Origin: Octopus bimaculoides
Lineage: Eukaryota
Assembly (NCBI RefSeq): GCF_001194135.2
Contig: NC_068984.1
Span: 117,370,566-117,434,565, forward strand
DNA length: 64,000 bases
Direction: 5' to 3'
The notes beneath the pieces were generated by a model. It searched no databases. It was given only the letters and a program-made list of their open reading frames with translations, and was not told the DNA's origin. This document shows, one piece after another, positions 14,613-26,729 of this stretch; within the stretch, counting starts at the first letter, position 1; the number at the start of each line of letters is the position of its first letter. The position numbers and the translations under genes are program-made.

Positions 14613-14749
14613 TATTCTTAAACGAGAATATTATTGACAGTAACTTTGGAGTTCTGGCTAGTTAAGCCATCGTCACTCTGGCAGTCCAATGATGGCTTAA
14701 CTGTTTAAAACTTCAAAGTCACTGTCGATAATATTCTTGTTTAAGAATA
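14613..14749. mobile_element. TA-flanked palindromic MITE (Tc1/mariner type)
   Basis: Arms tattcttaaacgagaatattattgacagtaactttggag and cttcaaagtcactgtcgataatattcttgtttaagaata, plus an inner pair agttaagccatc / gatggcttaact. Confidence 0.7.
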
Positions 14750-14857
14750 GACAGACAGACAGACTGACTGACTAACTGACAGACAGACAGACAGACAGAC
14801 TATCTGACAGACAGACAGACAGACAGACTGACTGACTATCTGACAGACAGACAGACA
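14749..14857. repeat. (GACA/GACT)n tetranucleotide repeat
   Basis: Directly visible, abutting the MITE. Confidence 0.95.
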
Positions 14858-15622
14858 TAAATAAATAGATAGATTGAGGAGATAATTATAATCCTGGCTA
14901 TCATTTCATTAGCACATCTTGCTAGATCTTAGCAAGCACAGTATTCAAAAATCAAAAGGAGATCTGTAAGTCTTTGATTAACAACAAAGGGAGCACTATA
15001 CAACTCCAAAATAAGGTCCAGTAAGCTTAATATAAACTCTACAGAGTGAATAATAAAAGAAATGGTTCAAATGAGGAAAAAAGAAGTCAAATCGACATTA
15101 TAAGAGTTTCTGAAAATGGAAAAATCTCCAACACCATCTATTTTTCTCTTTGATTGTCTCTCTATCTTTCTCTCTAAATCCCTCCTTCCTTGTCCTTCTG
15201 TCCAGCAGTAGAAACCATGCCAGATCAGACTGGAGCCTGGCTTGCCTGTCCTCAGTCAAACCATCCAAACCATGGCAATATGGAAAGCAGGCATTAAAAG
15301 ATGATGATAATGATGATGATATATATTATTTATTTAAAGGGCACAATACATGTCATTAAGTGCAACTAATAGTTTCATATGCTGAGAAATACTCAAACAT
15401 ATTCATCAGGCACAAACCACATATCATAACGAACTAGAAAAATTGAATAATAGAAGAAACAAGTAAAAAAAACTCAGAGGGCAGCATATTGAAAATGCAG
15501 AAAGTAAAAAACTATTAGTAGCATTTAAAGACACGCATTGTGCCCTTTAAATAAACAATATTTATCTTTCACCTGATGGAGTACATTTTTTGGTGAATTT
15601 TTTATCATGGAACAGTACATTT

Positions 15623-15662
<40 letters not shown>

Positions 15663-17546
15663 CACACACACGCACACACACACACATACATATATATATT
15701 GCCCACAAGGGCCCCTCTGTGTTGGCCCCTTGTGAGCAATAAAAAAAAAAAATCACACATATATATACATGTATGTGTGTGTGAGTGTGTGTGGGTTTGT
15801 GGTTGTGTATGTATAAGCATGCTGATGACTAACCCTCTGCATGGTTATTCAAACGGTTGAATCTTCTCCTTCAAATTACACTGGACAATCTAAGTGATGA
15901 TATAATACCAAAAGGCAGAATGGCCCTAAATGGAATGCCTTTCAGCATAGATCTGCTTGATCAGGACTGATATGAAACATGGAAATAAAACAACATCAGC
16001 AACAATAACAACTGAGCATATAAGTACTGGCTCGCTCTCAAGACAAGACAGACAGAAGAATCATGAAGCTGCTCTCATCAGGCTACATTGCAGACAACCT
16101 GTGTTAGGAGGATGGCGTGGTTATGATTCTGCCAGCTTGTTGCCTTATGAATTGCAATATCAAAAACATGTAAATGAATAACCAATATGTACACATATGT
16201 ATACAGTATAGTAAACAGAATCACTTGTTTGGATTTTATTTATTTTGTTGTGGCTAACCTTTGTTATCTCCCAGATGATAAAAAGCCAACTTTCATCAAG
16301 TAGACTTTTGAGCAAAAACATTCCCTCTTTCACCATCCCTTATTTTTGTATATATAGGCACAAGTGTGGCTCTATTGTTAAAAAAGTTTGCTTCCTGACC
16401 ACTTAATATTGGGTTCAGTCCTACTGCATGGTAGCTTGCATGACTGTGTTTTCTGATAACTTTAGGTCAACCAAAACCTTGTGAGATTTCCATGAGAGAA
16501 ACCGAAAGTATCTTATCATAGGTATATATGTACATGTGTGTGTGTGTGGTGGGGTGTATTTGTGTTTATGTCCCCTTGTCTCAATATCACATGGTAATTG
16601 TAAACAAGTGTCACAATCGTGCAAGCAGTGTCCTTCAATTTTCAATCTTCTTTGTAAACATGTCCAGCCATGGACAAATAGTAACTTGCTTGGAAACAGG
16701 TGAGGACTGGTGCCGAAGGGCATCTGGCCATAAAAAAAATCTGCCTCAACAAATTCTGTCTGACCCATCAAGGCATGGAAAAGTGATGATGATGATGATA
16801 ATGATGGTGGTGGTGGTGATCGTGATGATGAGGACTATATTACCCAATGTACTCTTTCTTTTTTTAAAGTTTGTTGGGCAGAATTTGAAGGATGTTTTGC
16901 TGCTTTTTCTGTTGTCAAGCAATTATGCAGAGACTCCTTTGTTGGTTCATGAAGCTTCATCTTTAGTTTCAGTGGTTCCATTGATATTAAGAAAGGCTCT
17001 CTTGTAATTAGTAAGACTATTTGATGATGAGTGAGGTCCCTCCTTTTACTTATCTGCTCCCCTGTTGTCTAGAAGGGCTCTCTTATAGTTAGTGAAATCT
17101 CTTGTTGGCTAGAGATGCTCCTTTGATGGGTAACAATGCTCCCTTGATGACAAGTAAGGCATCTTTGTCATATTGAAGGCCCTTTCTTTACTTTTCACAG
17201 CAAGTAGAGCTCTATTTTAATTAGTTAGGCTTCTTTGTGGTATCTTTGAGTATTTTGGTATTATAAAGATTATGCAATGTCTTTTAATATTACATATTTT
17301 ATTACTGTATATGTAAATGCTGCCAAAGTCCTGAAAGTTCCTTGCATATCACTTTTTAAAATTTCATGTGATATCAACACCTTGGTCCACCCATGTCCAT
17401 TATCTCTGGTTTCTTTGGCTGGCTTTTATATCAAGAGATTGCTTGATCTTAGCTCAACCTTCCTTCATTTATTGGAGGCTCAGGTTACTGTAAATCGTCC
17501 CCCATCCCCATCCTACCCTATGACTATCATACAGAGCTGTGTAGCT

Positions 17547-17551
<5 letters not shown>

Positions 17552-17616
<65 letters not shown>
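17552..17616. repeat. (AG)n microsatellite
   Basis: Directly visible. Confidence 0.97.
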
Positions 17617-20079
17617 ATTGACTGTAGCATATGACTCATCTTATTGACCTCTTAAAGCTGAAAAGCAAAAGTTGACCTCTGCAGGATTTCAGTTCAAAAT
17701 GCAATGAGCCAGAACAATTGCTACAAAACAGTTTGTCTTATGTTCTAATGATTCTTACATTTAGTCACCTTACATCAGTGCCTAACTCTCATTTTATGTT
17801 GTTAAGTGGATGACAGATAAATCTTACTGTCAAAAGGAAGACAAGTCTTATTACAGATAAGATCTCAGCCTCAGATAATCTGATAAACCTAGTTTCAACA
17901 TTTAAATGAACTATAACAAAGTGAAATAAGCTAATCCACCCAGAAACACAACATTGGATTTGAACTTATAATTTATGTATTGGTAATTCAATACACATTA
18001 TCCATGCAGCCATTTTACCTCCTCTTTAATCACTGGCATTTACATTCTGTGTTCAAATGCTACCGAGGTCGACTTTGCTTTTCTTTCTTTTGGGGTCAAT
18101 AAAATAAGTACCAGTTGAGTGCTGGGGTCAATGTAATCAATTTATCCCCTCCCTTGAACCTGCTGGACTTGAACCAAAATTTAAAACCAATATTGCAATT
18201 CATGAGCAATAATATCATTGGTTACAGATTATCAATGGGCCAATCACTGCTTCAAAGAATTTCTGAGGGCAAGATTGACACAAAAGTGCCTGCAACTTGG
18301 TATACGCAAACATAAATATATCCTCATCTTCATCTCCATCCTCCTCCTCATCATCATCATTGTCATCACTATCACCGTTTAACATTGTCTAACATTTGTC
18401 TTCCATGTTGGCATGGGTTGGATGGTTCAACTAGATCTGATGAGCCAGAGGACTATGTTGCGCTCAGTGTCTACTTTGGAATGGTTTCAACAGCTGGAAA
18501 ACTTTCTCAAAACTAACCACTTTATGCAGTATACTGGGTACCGTTCTTTTGTGGTACTGGCTCTAGTGAGATCACCAAGTAACTTGCAAGAAAGACCCCC
18601 TCAACTAGAAGTAATTAGCAACTAATAGATAGTACCTTAGACTTAGACTTAATTCAATAATGAGCCTTAGGACTCATAAAACCAGAGCTTAACCTAGTTT
18701 CTATGGTGTATGAGGGACTGAGACTATAACTCACCCCTGAACAGAACACCAGTCTGTTGCAGGGTTAGCTTCCCAACTGAGTAGGGAGTGTAGCATTGAG
18801 GGAGATGGTTTGTACCAGGTGTTCAAAGGCTGAAGTATAACAGAGCGGCAAGAACAGGTGTCTTGTTGTAGAGGAAGATACATGGTTACCCCAGCTAGAA
18901 AGAGAGAAAAGAGATGGTCATGAAGTGTCAGGGTATACCATCAAGGTTCAAGAAGGTGAACATCAGAAAGAATATATATATAGAGTGATCCTTTGTCCCT
19001 ACATGTGTGAGAGGGGCTTCTGCACAGTTTTCATCAATCAACTTCCGCTGACAAAATATTGGTAAACTGAAGCTATCTGCCCAATCCAGCACACATTGGA
19101 ATTGAATAAAAACCTATGTGGTTACAAAGCTAACTGCTTAACTGTGCAGATATGCCTACATGGCTCGTTTCAATCAAAAAGAGTTACCAGTAAAAATACC
19201 AACAATTTTGCTTACCCTCAATAACCAAACATTAAATTTATCCTTATTAAACCTACAAATAGGAGCAAAGAGTTGACTGAGAGTCAAAATATAAGATGGA
19301 GGGTTACTGACACATAACTTGCCACAAATACATTATGGTATTTCATGACCAAAATACTTAACTCTGAATTAGTTGAGATTACCTAGCAGGGGCAACCAAT
19401 CATCTCACAGAACAATGGAAATTATGTTTTCATTGATGTTTTTGCTCTTGTCGTTGTTTTTCCATGGCTGATACTATCTGTGAAAGTGCACAAGGGTGTT
19501 GCACTCATAATTGTAAGATTGTGGTTTTGATTCCCAGGTTGGGCAGTGCATTGTGTTCTGGGGCAAAAACACTTTATTTCATGTTACTCCAGCCTAATCA
19601 ATGTAAATGAGTTCCAGTAATATCTGAGAAGTTAACCTTGCAATGAACCAGCATTCTGTTCAGGGATGAGTGTTATAATCTCAATCCCTTATACACCACA
19701 GAAACTGGATTAAACTCCTAGGATTCATTATAAACCTAAGTCTAAGTCTATGACACTATCCATCAGTTGCAAATTACTTCTAGAAGTATCGGAGTTCCTT
19801 ATCTGGTCTTGCGTTGTTTTGCTTTTTCCCTGTGACAAGTGGTGTGGTTTAAATTCAGGAAACACAATGCCAGAAAAAAATACTACAAGGCCACTCACCT
19901 GGCAATCTAACAATTTCACTAGTTCTTTATTATATTAACCCCCAAAAAATGAAAAGCAAACTTATCTTCGGTGGAATTTGGAAGTTAGAATGAATACTGC
20001 AAACGGTTCTACCTGATGACACTACATGGAGTGGTGGTTGTATGCCTCAGTGTGATCTGGGAGCTATGCCAGTGGAGTG

Positions 20080-20290
20080 TAAGCTCCTAGTAGGGCCTCC
20101 CATGCTGGACAGGTCGAAGGATAGAGGTCGGACTAATACAGAACACCTCTTCCCAGAGATAATCATGGGTTTGCGTAGAGCCAACACCCCTACCTAGAAA
20201 AAAAAAACAAAGTTACGGAAGCATCAATAGCAATTCAAAACTGACAAGACCTAGGAGGAGAGAGAGGGCCTTCTCTTAGGGAAACATGAA
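20080..20290 (+). mobile_element. Possible RTE-type LINE 5'UTR remnant
   Basis: gggcctcccatgctggacaggtcgaagg...gccaacaccctacctagaaaaa resembles RTE leaders. Resemblance only. Confidence 0.3.
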
Positions 20291-21639
20291 ATCATCATCA
20301 TTTAATGTTCACTTTCCACGCTGGCATGGGTTAGGCAGTTTGACAGGAGCTGGCCAGACAGGAGACTGCACCAGACTTCTGTGTCTGTTTTGGCAGGGTT
20401 TTTATGGCTGGATGCCCTTCCTAAGACCAACCACCCAGCAGAGAAGACAGTGTTTTTATGTGGCACAAGCACAGGCGAGGTGAGTTTTGGCATGGTTTTT
20501 ACACCAACCACTTTACAGCATGGACTGGATGCTTTTTAAGTGGCATCAGCACTAGCAAGGTCACCAGCAAAATCCAGAAGAAAAAAGAGAAACAGGGATC
20601 CAACTAGAGAGAAGCAAGAAAAAAAAAAACACCCAGAGTCAAGATTAGAAGAGGAAAGTTGTCAATGATCTATGCACAATAGTGAGTGAAGGGTTTAAGT
20701 GAATAAGGAAGTAATTTTATCCAACGCTCTAATGACAACCACTTAACTATCTTATGTAAATAATATGTGTAATATACAATGCAGGGAAAGTTGTGGTGGT
20801 GATGAGTACCAACAAAAACAACAGAGTATAGGCTAGTGAGTTTGAGTAAGTTTGTATGCAATGGAGAAAAGAGGAGGAGTCTGTGGGAAAATTTAGTTTT
20901 TTGCAGATAACATCAGTCCCTAAAAGTCAGATTTCTCTTCTCTTTTCCAAACCCATGACATTTCAAACGTAAATAGATAACAAGGGTTAGACAAGTAAAA
21001 GTACAAGCTTTCAGCTGCTTGTAACAGAAGGATTTCCCATAAATAAACAAGTGCTCCAAGAACCTGCTTTGTTCAGTTCAAACTCTTCTATGGACCTGAG
21101 GAAACAAAAACTGGAAGCCAATATGAGTACTCAGTCTCCAGTTGTTATGATTAAGTTTGTGATTGGATGTAGATCCTGATTTGTGATTACTGGCTGTATG
21201 TACTGGCTGATGTACAGCAGTCTTGCTCTATCACATATAAGTAAATGAAAAGTAACTTTTCAACTTTAAAGAGAAGACTGAGGAAAAGGAAAGACCAAGC
21301 TGAAAACACATAATAAATGTATTTACTAATGAGTTCCACATTAGTATCATTTGCAATTTTTATATTCAATATAAATTTAAATCTATTTAGAAAGCTAGCC
21401 ACCTACACTTTTTTCTGCAAAATAGGGGTAGTTTATCCTATTCAGGCTATATTATTAGCATTATTCTGCGATTGAGAATTTAATATCACTTCTTTAACTT
21501 TCTAAAAAGACATCTCAACGCTTCTAAAAGCAAACTTCGTTTGTTTATTTACGTTTGTCGTAATTTGAATTTAACATATGAGAGCGTCTCATAAAGCGAG
21601 ATTTCTATACATCTTACATTTGCAGAGGAATTTGTAGTG

Positions 21640-21715
21640 GGGTAGTTAAGCTTAATCGGTCAAAGCATCGTGACGCGTAATCACGGGGATGTGAGTTCGT
21701 GTCCACAGCTAGCCA
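21640..21715 (+). pseudogene. tRNA-Thr(CGT)-like pseudogene or tRNA-derived head
   Basis: D-arm GCTT/AAGC, anticodon stem CGTGA/TCACG with loop CGCGTAA, T-loop TTCGTGT, 3' GCTAGCCA then a T6 run. U33 is missing and the stems contain mismatches. Confidence 0.5.
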
Positions 21716-21988
21716 CCTACACTTTTTTCTGCANNNNNNNNNNAAGCTAGCCACCTACACTTTTTTCTGCAAAATAGGGGTAGTTTATCCTATTCAGGCT
21801 ATATTATTAGCATTATTCTGCGATTGAGAATTTAAAATCACTTCTTTAACTTTCTAAGACATCTCAACGCTTCTGAAAGCAAACTTCGTTTGTTTATTTA
21901 CGTTTGTCGTAATTTGAATTTAACATATGAGAGCATCTCATAAAGCGAGATTTCTATACATCTTAAATTTGCAGAGAAATTTGTAGTG

Positions 21989-22064
21989 GGGTAGTTTAGC
22001 TTAATCGATCAAAGCATCGTGACATGTAATCACGGGGATGTGAGTTCGAGTCCCTAGCTAGCCA
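21989..22064 (+). pseudogene. tRNA-Thr(TGT)-like pseudogene or tRNA-derived head
   Basis: Same fold with loop CATGTAA, B-box GAGTTCGAGTCC and a downstream T4. U33 is missing and the T-stem is broken. Confidence 0.5.
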
Positions 22065-23224
22065 CCTACACTTTTCTCTGCAAAATAGGGGTAGTTTATC
22101 CTGTTCAGGCTTTATTATTAGCATTATTCTGTGATTGAGAATTTAAAATCACTTCTTTAACTTTGTAATGATAAAACTGGCAATGAAGATTATCCAAATT
22201 CTTTAGTTAGAGGTCAGATCTGACAGAGTAGATATAGGATCAAATCAAACAGGTTCCAGTCATGATCATCTCCCACTCTTCTCCCAGGTATTGCATATCT
22301 AGAACTACATTATCTAATGTGCCCCTCCTTTTCAAAGGAGATTCGACTGTTATTTCTAGCAAATCAGGCAACCACATAGAGACTGCTTTGTTTGATACTT
22401 GGTAACTCGGTGCAACTGGCATAGAGCCACATACTAGTGTTTATGTGAATTTGTATATGAAGTTCTAGTAAATGACACCGAAGTTATAATTATTACTTGG
22501 TACTTCTAGTGTTAATTTTGGTTTCTTAATTAAGCACAAGTATGACCTATAAACAAGAAAGAAAGATAGGTGAATGAATTTATCTTAGTATATATATGTC
22601 CAGTACTTAGTTTTGTTGACCTTAGAGGGATAACAGATAAAGTTGCCTCTTTCCCCTGGCATTTGAGTTCAGAATGAATGTAATAATGCTAATGTGCTTA
22701 TTAGATACAGTGCTCAGGTGCACTATGACTCATTGGAAATGAGTAAAAAAAAGAGAAAAAAGGCAGCAATAAGGGCTGTAATGAGAGCCAACAGTTAAGG
22801 CACAGCACAAAGGATAAAACACAAAAGAGACATGAAAGAGAACAGTGAAGGAGTCATAAAGAAGAAAGGATGCATAGGGAGGTTAGTAGTAGTGTTGGTG
22901 GATTTCAGGAAAAGTGTGGAATTGAACTTTGAGTGTGCTTACTCCACTGCTCTGCTGGTTCTGATAACATTGTGTAACAAAATTTTTAGTATTTTTTTTT
23001 TTGTCTTTGGTCAGAAATCAAAGGAAATGGCTACTATTACATTCAGACTTTGGCTTTTGTGACTTGGACATCAATGTTATGAAACTGATCTATTTTCCAT
23101 TACATTTCAGACAGATTCAATGCTGAGTTGCTGAAGCAGAAATATCATTATAGCAAATATTCTGTTCAATACTGCAAGTTTGCTTGTCAGTTTCTTGACC
23201 TTAACTACTTGAGCATGTCCCTTA

Positions 23225-23652
23225 GTGGCTGACAATATGTGCATTTCTGATCATGAGCATGAGCACTGGGGAAGCATCACAGCCATGTGTCGAAAGGCAT
23301 TCTTTGGGGTGTGGCCGTTGCCAGTACCGCCTGACTGGCCTTCGTAGGATTTTCGAGCGAGATCGTTGCCAGTGCCCCTGGACTGGCTCTTGTGCGGGTG
23401 GCACATAAAATACACCATTTTGAGCATGGCCGTTGCCAGTACCGCCTGACTGGCCTTCGTGCGGGTGACACGTAAAAGCACCCACTACACTCTCTGAGTG
23501 GTTGGTATTAGGAAGGGCATCCAGCTGTAGAAACTCTGACAAATCAGATTGGAGCCTGGTGTTGCCATCCGGTTTCACCAGTCCTCAGTCAAATCGTCCA
23601 ACCCATGCTAGCATGGAAAGCGGACATTAAACGATGATGATGATCATCATCA
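23225..23652 (+). mobile_element. Family C retroposon 3' end
   Basis: Internal duplicated units, the gtggttggtattaggaagggcatccagctgtagaaac motif and a (GAT)n tail. Other copies: 6395-6577(+), 9420-9530(-), 12600-12870(-), 20290-20560(-), 33370-33580(-), 40350-40440(-), 42650-43257(+), 52325-52697(+), 57513-57705(-), 63225-63423(+). Confidence 0.8.
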
Positions 23653-23869
23653 TAACAAAAACAAAGTTTGGAGGAAATTTTAGCCATTTTTCATACTTTC
23701 CATGGGTAAGCAAATAGAAAATAATAGTTGCAACCCAAAAATAAAAAAACATGTTACACAGAGTAATGAGCTTAACATCAAGCCAATGAGGGACCCTAAA
23801 TACTGTTTCTTCTTTTGTTTTGTTTTGGGTTTTTTTTATGTCTTGGGAGGAAAGAATAATACTTATGTC

Positions 23870-24240
23870 CTTTGCAGTATCTCTAAAATGGTACTCATGT
23901 TGTTAGCATTCTGCTTCAACTGTTGCAGATCAATGTCTTCAAGAAAGATATGAGCAGGAAGGGATTTCCAGAAGACCGACATTCTAGGGAGGAAGAACAG
24001 GGCTTAGTGGTGGTTAGTGAAGGGCTAGGCGGCGGCGGTGGTGGTGGTGGTGGAGTGATACTCTTAACATGGATGATGAGAGGAAGAGAGGCAAGTGAGT
24101 CAGGAGTGTCTGAGTGGAAGAGACATGAGACCAACCAACAGCAAGTTGCACAGGACATTGTAGTAACAGTAGAGAATGAAGACAGCATGGCTGTGGGCCA
24201 AAGGTTGGAACACATCAGTAAGTTTGTTGCTTGACCTGCT
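23870..24240 (-). mobile_element. Degenerate CR1/L2-group LINE RT C-terminal fragment
   Basis: One frame with 4 stops reads LTDVFQPLAHSHAV..YCYYNVLC..L.GLMSLPLR...FFLPRMSVFWKSLPAHIF..DIDLQQLKQNAN, matching the 'FFPRT..LWNSLP..VF...L..FK' tail of these RTs. Confidence 0.7.
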
Positions 24241-24892
24241 AGAGATAGCAGCCAAATCTCCCTTATATCACACCTTACTAATATAATTCTTTCGTAACAT
24301 TGACCTAACCATTGGAAGGATTTAAAAAATAACATTTTTCTCATTTGTTGATATATTGGAAGGTGGCATGCTGGGCATAATGCTTAGCAGCTTTTCATCA
24401 ATATTTATGTTCTGAGTTCAAATTCTGCCAAGACCAACTTTGCCTTTCATCCTTTAGGAATTGATAGAATAAATACCAGTTGTAAACTGGAGGTCAATGC
24501 AATCAACTTACCCCTCCCCCAAAATTTGCTGGCCTCGTGCCAAAATTTGAAACCAATATAATAAGCTAGTTGTTAGAATATAGTTTAACAGGAAGATTGC
24601 TGTGTAAAATTACAAACCAGAGGCTAAATTTTAAACTGATATCAAAGAACAAGGGTTGGTATGCAGCTGTGAGTTACCAAAAGGACCAAAGAAAGAATGT
24701 ACACACTAGATATACTATTAACATAAGGGGTGGTCATATCTGGAATGTTTTTTATCACGTCTGCAACATCACATTTAACCCACCAGTAACCAACATCAGT
24801 TATCTTCTCTTTTCTATTAAAAAAAAAAAATTCAACCATATATTTTTGGTAATTTTTTATGTCTGTTTATCAGTGTTAGTATGAGTTATTTA

Positions 24893-25345
24893 CATTGTTT
24901 ACATTTGACAGACACTAATCCTCATCTTGTTTGTTGTTAACACAACGTTTCAGCTGATGTACCCTCCAGCCTTCATCAGGTGTCTTGGGGAAATTTCGAA
25001 CCTGGGTTCTCATTCCTAAGCTATTTTTCGATGTTATTATCATTATTATTATTCAGGTCACTGCCAGGAATCAAACTTGGAATCTTGGGGTTAGTAGCTT
25101 GCGCTCTTAACCACTACGCCAGTGACCTTAACAATAATAATAATAACAACAACAACAACAACAACATCAAAAAATACCTTACGAATGAGAACCCAGGTTC
25201 AAAATTTCCTCAAGGTATCTGATGAATGCTGGAGGGTATATCAGCCGAAACGCTGTGTTAACAAACAAGATGAGGACAAATATCCGTCAAATGTAAACAA
25301 TGTAAATAATGTACATAATTCCTCATCTCTTAAATATAGAACTGT
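24893..25345. mobile_element. Long palindromic element with central tRNA-derived head and Penelope-like hammerhead-bearing arms
   Basis: Arms ~24893-25071 and ~25118-25310 are inverted. The centre on the minus strand reads TGGCGTAGTGGTTAAGAGC...AGTTTGATTCC. Both arms contain CTGATGA-stem-GAAAC. Confidence 0.75.
24940..24983 (-). ncRNA. Minimal type I hammerhead ribozyme (putative)
   Basis: ACAC-CUGAUGA-A-GGCUG(GAGGGUACAU)CAGCU-GAAA-CG-UU-GUGU. Stem I is ACAC/GUGU, stem II is 5 bp with a terminal G.U, stem III is the palindromic ACGU, and the putative cleavage triplet is GUU. Confidence 0.6.
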
Positions 25346-25456
25346 AGTATGGGTTACATGAATATATTTTTGAGACTGTTTTACAGCTGGATGCCCAACC
25401 TGTCATTAATCTTAACCAGTTTATTGAATGAGATATCTCTGAGGTAAATAGAAGAC

Positions 25457-25664
25457 AACTTTCTCTGTCATGGTCAATGCGATGATCACACACTACACAC
25501 GTTCCTTCCAAGCACTGCTGTAAACAGTGGAAGTGAGCTAGAATGTTAAAACTTAGTGCGCATGCACAGCAGGGTTCAAGGTCAACCTGTGCCAAGCAGC
25601 TTCACTCTGCATGCTTTAGCTTCGTTACTATGACAACAGTCCGGATACCTTTTGATCAGACCTT
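25457..25664 (-). mobile_element. 5' fragment of a mariner element (TIR plus leader plus transposase start MTEKV)
   Basis: Minus strand reads TA-CAAGGTCTGATCAAAGGTATCCGGACT, a mariner-type TIR, and ends in ATGACAGAGAAAGTT. Recognition is by resemblance only. Confidence 0.6.
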
Positions 25665-26595
25665 GTATATGGATGTACATGTGTGTGTGTGCTTGTGAAT
25701 GTGCTTGGCTGTTGGCATTCCACATTTGTCCCTACTTGAGTGAAACGATGATTATGTTGATATTACGACTAGTTACTCTGTGTTTCTAAAAACATCCGAA
25801 ATAAGACTCCCTTACTTGAAAAGTAGGTAATTGTTGGTAATAAGAAGAGTATGAAACCCAAATATCCTGCTTCGGTCAGCACCCCATCTAACCCATGCTA
25901 ACATGAAAAAACAGACAAAGAAAAAATATGCTATATATATTTATGTGTGTGTGTTTGGGTGGGGTAGCTAGAAACCAAGGTAGTGGTTGTTTCTTAGTCC
26001 AGACTCAACCTTTGCAATGCAGACATGTGAAGACCCCCTTTGGTCATGAATGACCATGGGATTGCACCTAGAAAGTCCAGGCAAGGTTGTCTTTTATGGA
26101 AGACCAGTAGTCGCCCGTGCATACCAGCCCCCTCTCTCCACGCCACCGATGTTATCCAGGGGAAAGGCAAAGGCTGATCGTTACAGCTTGGCACCAGTGA
26201 TGCTGCAACTCATTTCTACAGCTGAGTGAACTGGAGCAACGTGAAATAAAGTGTCTTGCTCAAGAACACAACACACAGCCCGGTCCAGGAATCGAGCTCA
26301 CTACCTCATAATTGTGAGCTCAATGATCTGAACACTGAGCCATGTGCCTGCAGGCATATAAACCAGCATATTCCAACCATAACCATCCCCTCTTTCTCTC
26401 AGACACTGCACATCTAGGACTACATTACAAGACAATAAAATGAACTGTGAAAAGATTTAGTAACTATTTCTTGCAGGGTAAGTGACTAATAGAGATTACG
26501 TTGTTTACTCAAGACATCTTAGTGCTGTTTGTATGAGTGTCTTATATTAGTATTCTGTGAACATGGACATGAAATTCTAGTAAATAGCACCAAAG

Positions 26596-26601
26596 TTTAT
26601 T
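26596..26601 (-). terminator. Possible polyadenylation signal of the SOCS-box gene
   Basis: AATAAA on the minus strand about 130 nt after the stop. The context is AT-rich, so it may be chance. Confidence 0.25.
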
Positions 26602-26729
26602 ATTACTTCTTGGTGCTTCTAATATTGATTTCCTAATTAGCCATAACTTCAAACAAAAAGAGATGAAAAAAAAGAAATCAAAGAAAAAGAAGGGTTTCAT
26701 TAACCAACCTTGTTTGGTAAAAATCTTCC

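Larger units (their letters stand above)
21393..22164 (+). repeat. Tandem repeat with ~312-bp unit (two full units plus a partial unit, split by a 10-N gap) containing a tRNA-like gene
   Basis: The unit start agctagccacctacac recurs at 21393, 21707, 21745 and 22056 (periods 314 and 311). Confidence 0.85.

Noticed and set aside
15840-16181. Protein-like short frames (WLFKRLNLLLQ..., QPVLGGWRGYD...)
   Set aside because: The first part is a dispersed repeat tail also seen near 2700, 46690 and 63700. The remainder is short with no recognisable domain or splice support.
20990-21260. Short open frames on both strands with AG/GT-like sites
   Set aside because: Under 60 aa, no recognisable homology, and cannot be linked to other exons.
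23863-24234. Apparent host exons on either strand (plus 23929-24217 with AG/GTAAGT; minus 23983-23863 with a branch-like CACTAAC)
   Set aside because: One minus frame with stops aligns throughout to a CR1/L2-type RT C-terminus, so a decayed LINE is the better explanation.
25323-25595. Cys/His-rich ORF resembling a RING finger (HFHCLQQCLEGTCVVCD)
   Set aside because: It lies in the 5' leader of a mariner fragment (TIR at 25664, transposase ATG at 25471), so the resemblance is coincidental.
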